Shown piece by piece: positions 23,841-24,838 of a DNA stretch of 24,838 nt (the stretch's first letter is position 1; each line of letters opens with the position of its first letter). Source of the DNA: an uncultured Bacteroidota bacterium. Its GTDB lineage: Bacteria; Bacteroidota; Bacteroidia; JABEUT01. The position numbers and the translations under genes were made by a program. Below the pieces are notes generated by a model, which saw only the letters and a list, made by a program, of their open reading frames with translations, was not told the DNA's origin and did no database searches. The DNA lies in NCBI GenBank assembly GCA_903863935.1, contig CAIPDV010000020.1, positions 1 through 24,838 of the forward strand, read 5' to 3'.

Positions 23841-23888
23841 GAAGAAATGCCGGATAGATGGTGGCAGGCTTATCAGAAATTGAATTAA
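23841..23888 (+). pseudogene. orphan duplicate of the last 15 codons plus stop of the arginase-family gene
   Basis: 44 of 48 nt are identical to 23351..23398. Both copies read EEMPDRWWQAYQKLN-stop. There is no upstream ORF continuity. Confidence 0.8.
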
Positions 23889-23960
23889 GATAAAGTGCTT
23901 TTACAGAAGTACTCTTGAAAAATTGCACTGAATTATTTCAAAACTTTAATTTAAAAATTA

Positions 23961-23968
23961 TATATTTG
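23961..23968 (+). promoter_or_regulatory. candidate -7 box TATATTTG for the 24014 gene
   Basis: Exact TAnnTTTG, 46 nt upstream of ATG 24014. Confidence 0.35.
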
Positions 23969-24013
23969 CAAATTAATTACTATTTATAATAATAACTATT
24001 TACAAAACAAAAA

Positions 24014-24838
24014 ATGAGAACATCAATTACAGTATTACTTCTTTTTGCTTCTTTTAATATATTTGGACAAAAAGCAGATACAATATATACAAATAATCAG
24101 AAGATTGCTTGTAATATTAAAGATGTAGGTCAAGATGCAGTTACGTATGTTTATCCAGGAGAGGACGTAACAAACTCTTTATTTAAAAATGCAATTCAAA
24201 AAATTGTTTTTAAATCCGGTAGGGTGCAGACTTTTTCAGAAGCAACTTCATATAAAACGGTTAATGGGGTTGAGGATTTTGACAATGTCACACTTACGAG
24301 TGTTGAGAGCGAGGTAAAGGGCTTATTCAAAGTAGGGGATGTAAGTGCAAAAGCAAGGGGAACTACAACTCTTTCCAGCATGGAAAAAGTTAAAGAACGG
24401 GCTAATAAAAAAATGAAAATTGTTGCGGCAATGATGGGAGCGAATATTGTTTATTTGACTCAAAATAACACATCAGAAAATCATGCAGGATCGCGATACG
24501 AAGCAGGAAAAGCTACATCAACAAATCTTAGTGGAGTTGCATATTCCAATAAACTTCCAAATTTTGACGATTTTCAAAAATTGATTGGAAATAAAACTTC
24601 CTTTTTGGCATATCAAAGAGCAGAGCTTTCCGGGAGTGATGCTGATTACTCTTCAGATAAAATTTCTAAAAATGTACAGGTATTTAAGGTTTATAATGAA
24701 AGTGGTTTGATAATGGCTACTGCCAAGATTGACGGGGTAAAGAATGATACTTTTCGTGTAATTAGTTTCTCGAACGAGGACTTCACATTAGTTTGGAAGG
24801 ACGGAGATACTATTTACAACTGGAGAATCAAACTATAA
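24014..24838 (+). CDS. secreted hypothetical protein (signal peptide, no lipobox)
   Basis: 274 aa, and the TAA is the last codon of the window. The N-terminal signal is MRTSITVLLLFASFNIFG-QK. The gene is AT-rich. The middle region (VKGLFKVGDVSAKARG...KMKIVAAMMGANIVYL) is reminiscent of YbjQ/DUF-type small beta-domains, but this is not assigned. Confidence 0.65.
   Translation: MRTSITVLLLFASFNIFGQKADTIYTNNQKIACNIKDVGQDAVTYVYPGEDVTNSLFKNAIQKIVFKSGRVQTFSEATSYKTVNGVEDFDNVTLTSVESEVKGLFKVGDVSAKARGTTTLSSMEKVKERANKKMKIVAAMMGANIVYLTQNNTSENHAGSRYEAGKATSTNLSGVAYSNKLPNFDDFQKLIGNKTSFLAYQRAELSGSDADYSSDKISKNVQVFKVYNESGLIMATAKIDGVKNDTFRVISFSNEDFTLVWKDGDTIYNWRIKL

Noticed and set aside
1-24838. Search by eye for CRISPR arrays, tRNA/rRNA genes, transposases, integrases, toxin-antitoxin pairs and restriction-modification genes
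   Set aside because: I found no regularly spaced direct repeats, no tRNA-like T-arm/acceptor signatures and no ORF with recombinase, transposase or methylase motifs. This absence is by inspection only and should be confirmed with tRNAscan-SE, Infernal, ISEScan and DefenseFinder.

Overview
This is a roughly 24.8 kb low-GC chromosomal segment that looks Bacteroidota-like. The taxon call is an inference from three things: exact TAnnTTTG -7 boxes upstream of many starts, a GxxExxY gene, and a 7TMR-DISM cyclase. I call about 24 protein genes. I saw no rRNA, tRNA, CRISPR array, transposase or integrase by eye.

The backbone is housekeeping: LD-carboxypeptidase, a GT-C-like membrane glycosyltransferase plus an MFS transporter, ilvE, aminopeptidase P, an alpha/beta hydrolase, Mrp/ApbC, an alkyltransferase-like (ATL) protein, rimK, a SAM methyltransferase, topA and an arginase-fold protein.

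Between these lie small, visibly more AT-rich inserts and long intergenic palindromes. The most unusual items are:
1. A membrane-anchored Cys/Met/Gly/His-rich metallothionein-like protein (5185..5712).
2. A GxxExxY nuclease-like gene enclosed by 37-39 bp inverted repeats, with a gene-less homologous hairpin 14 kb away (7780..7857).
3. A 48-nt duplicate of the arginase-family gene's 3-prime end that differs only at silent positions and brackets a 0.44 kb insert.
4. A two-gene AT-rich island (zinc-ribbon/TM/SH3b protein plus a 202-aa unknown).
5. An orphan zinc-ribbon-DUF4145 gene.
6. A GT4-CE4 fusion enzyme.
7. A 117-aa K-channel-like protein with a degenerate filter, translationally coupled to pepP.
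8. A gene broken by a homopolymer frameshift.

No canonical, recognisable defence or mobile system is present, so any novel-system claim here is a hypothesis. All motif calls, counts and alignments were made by hand from the sequence.
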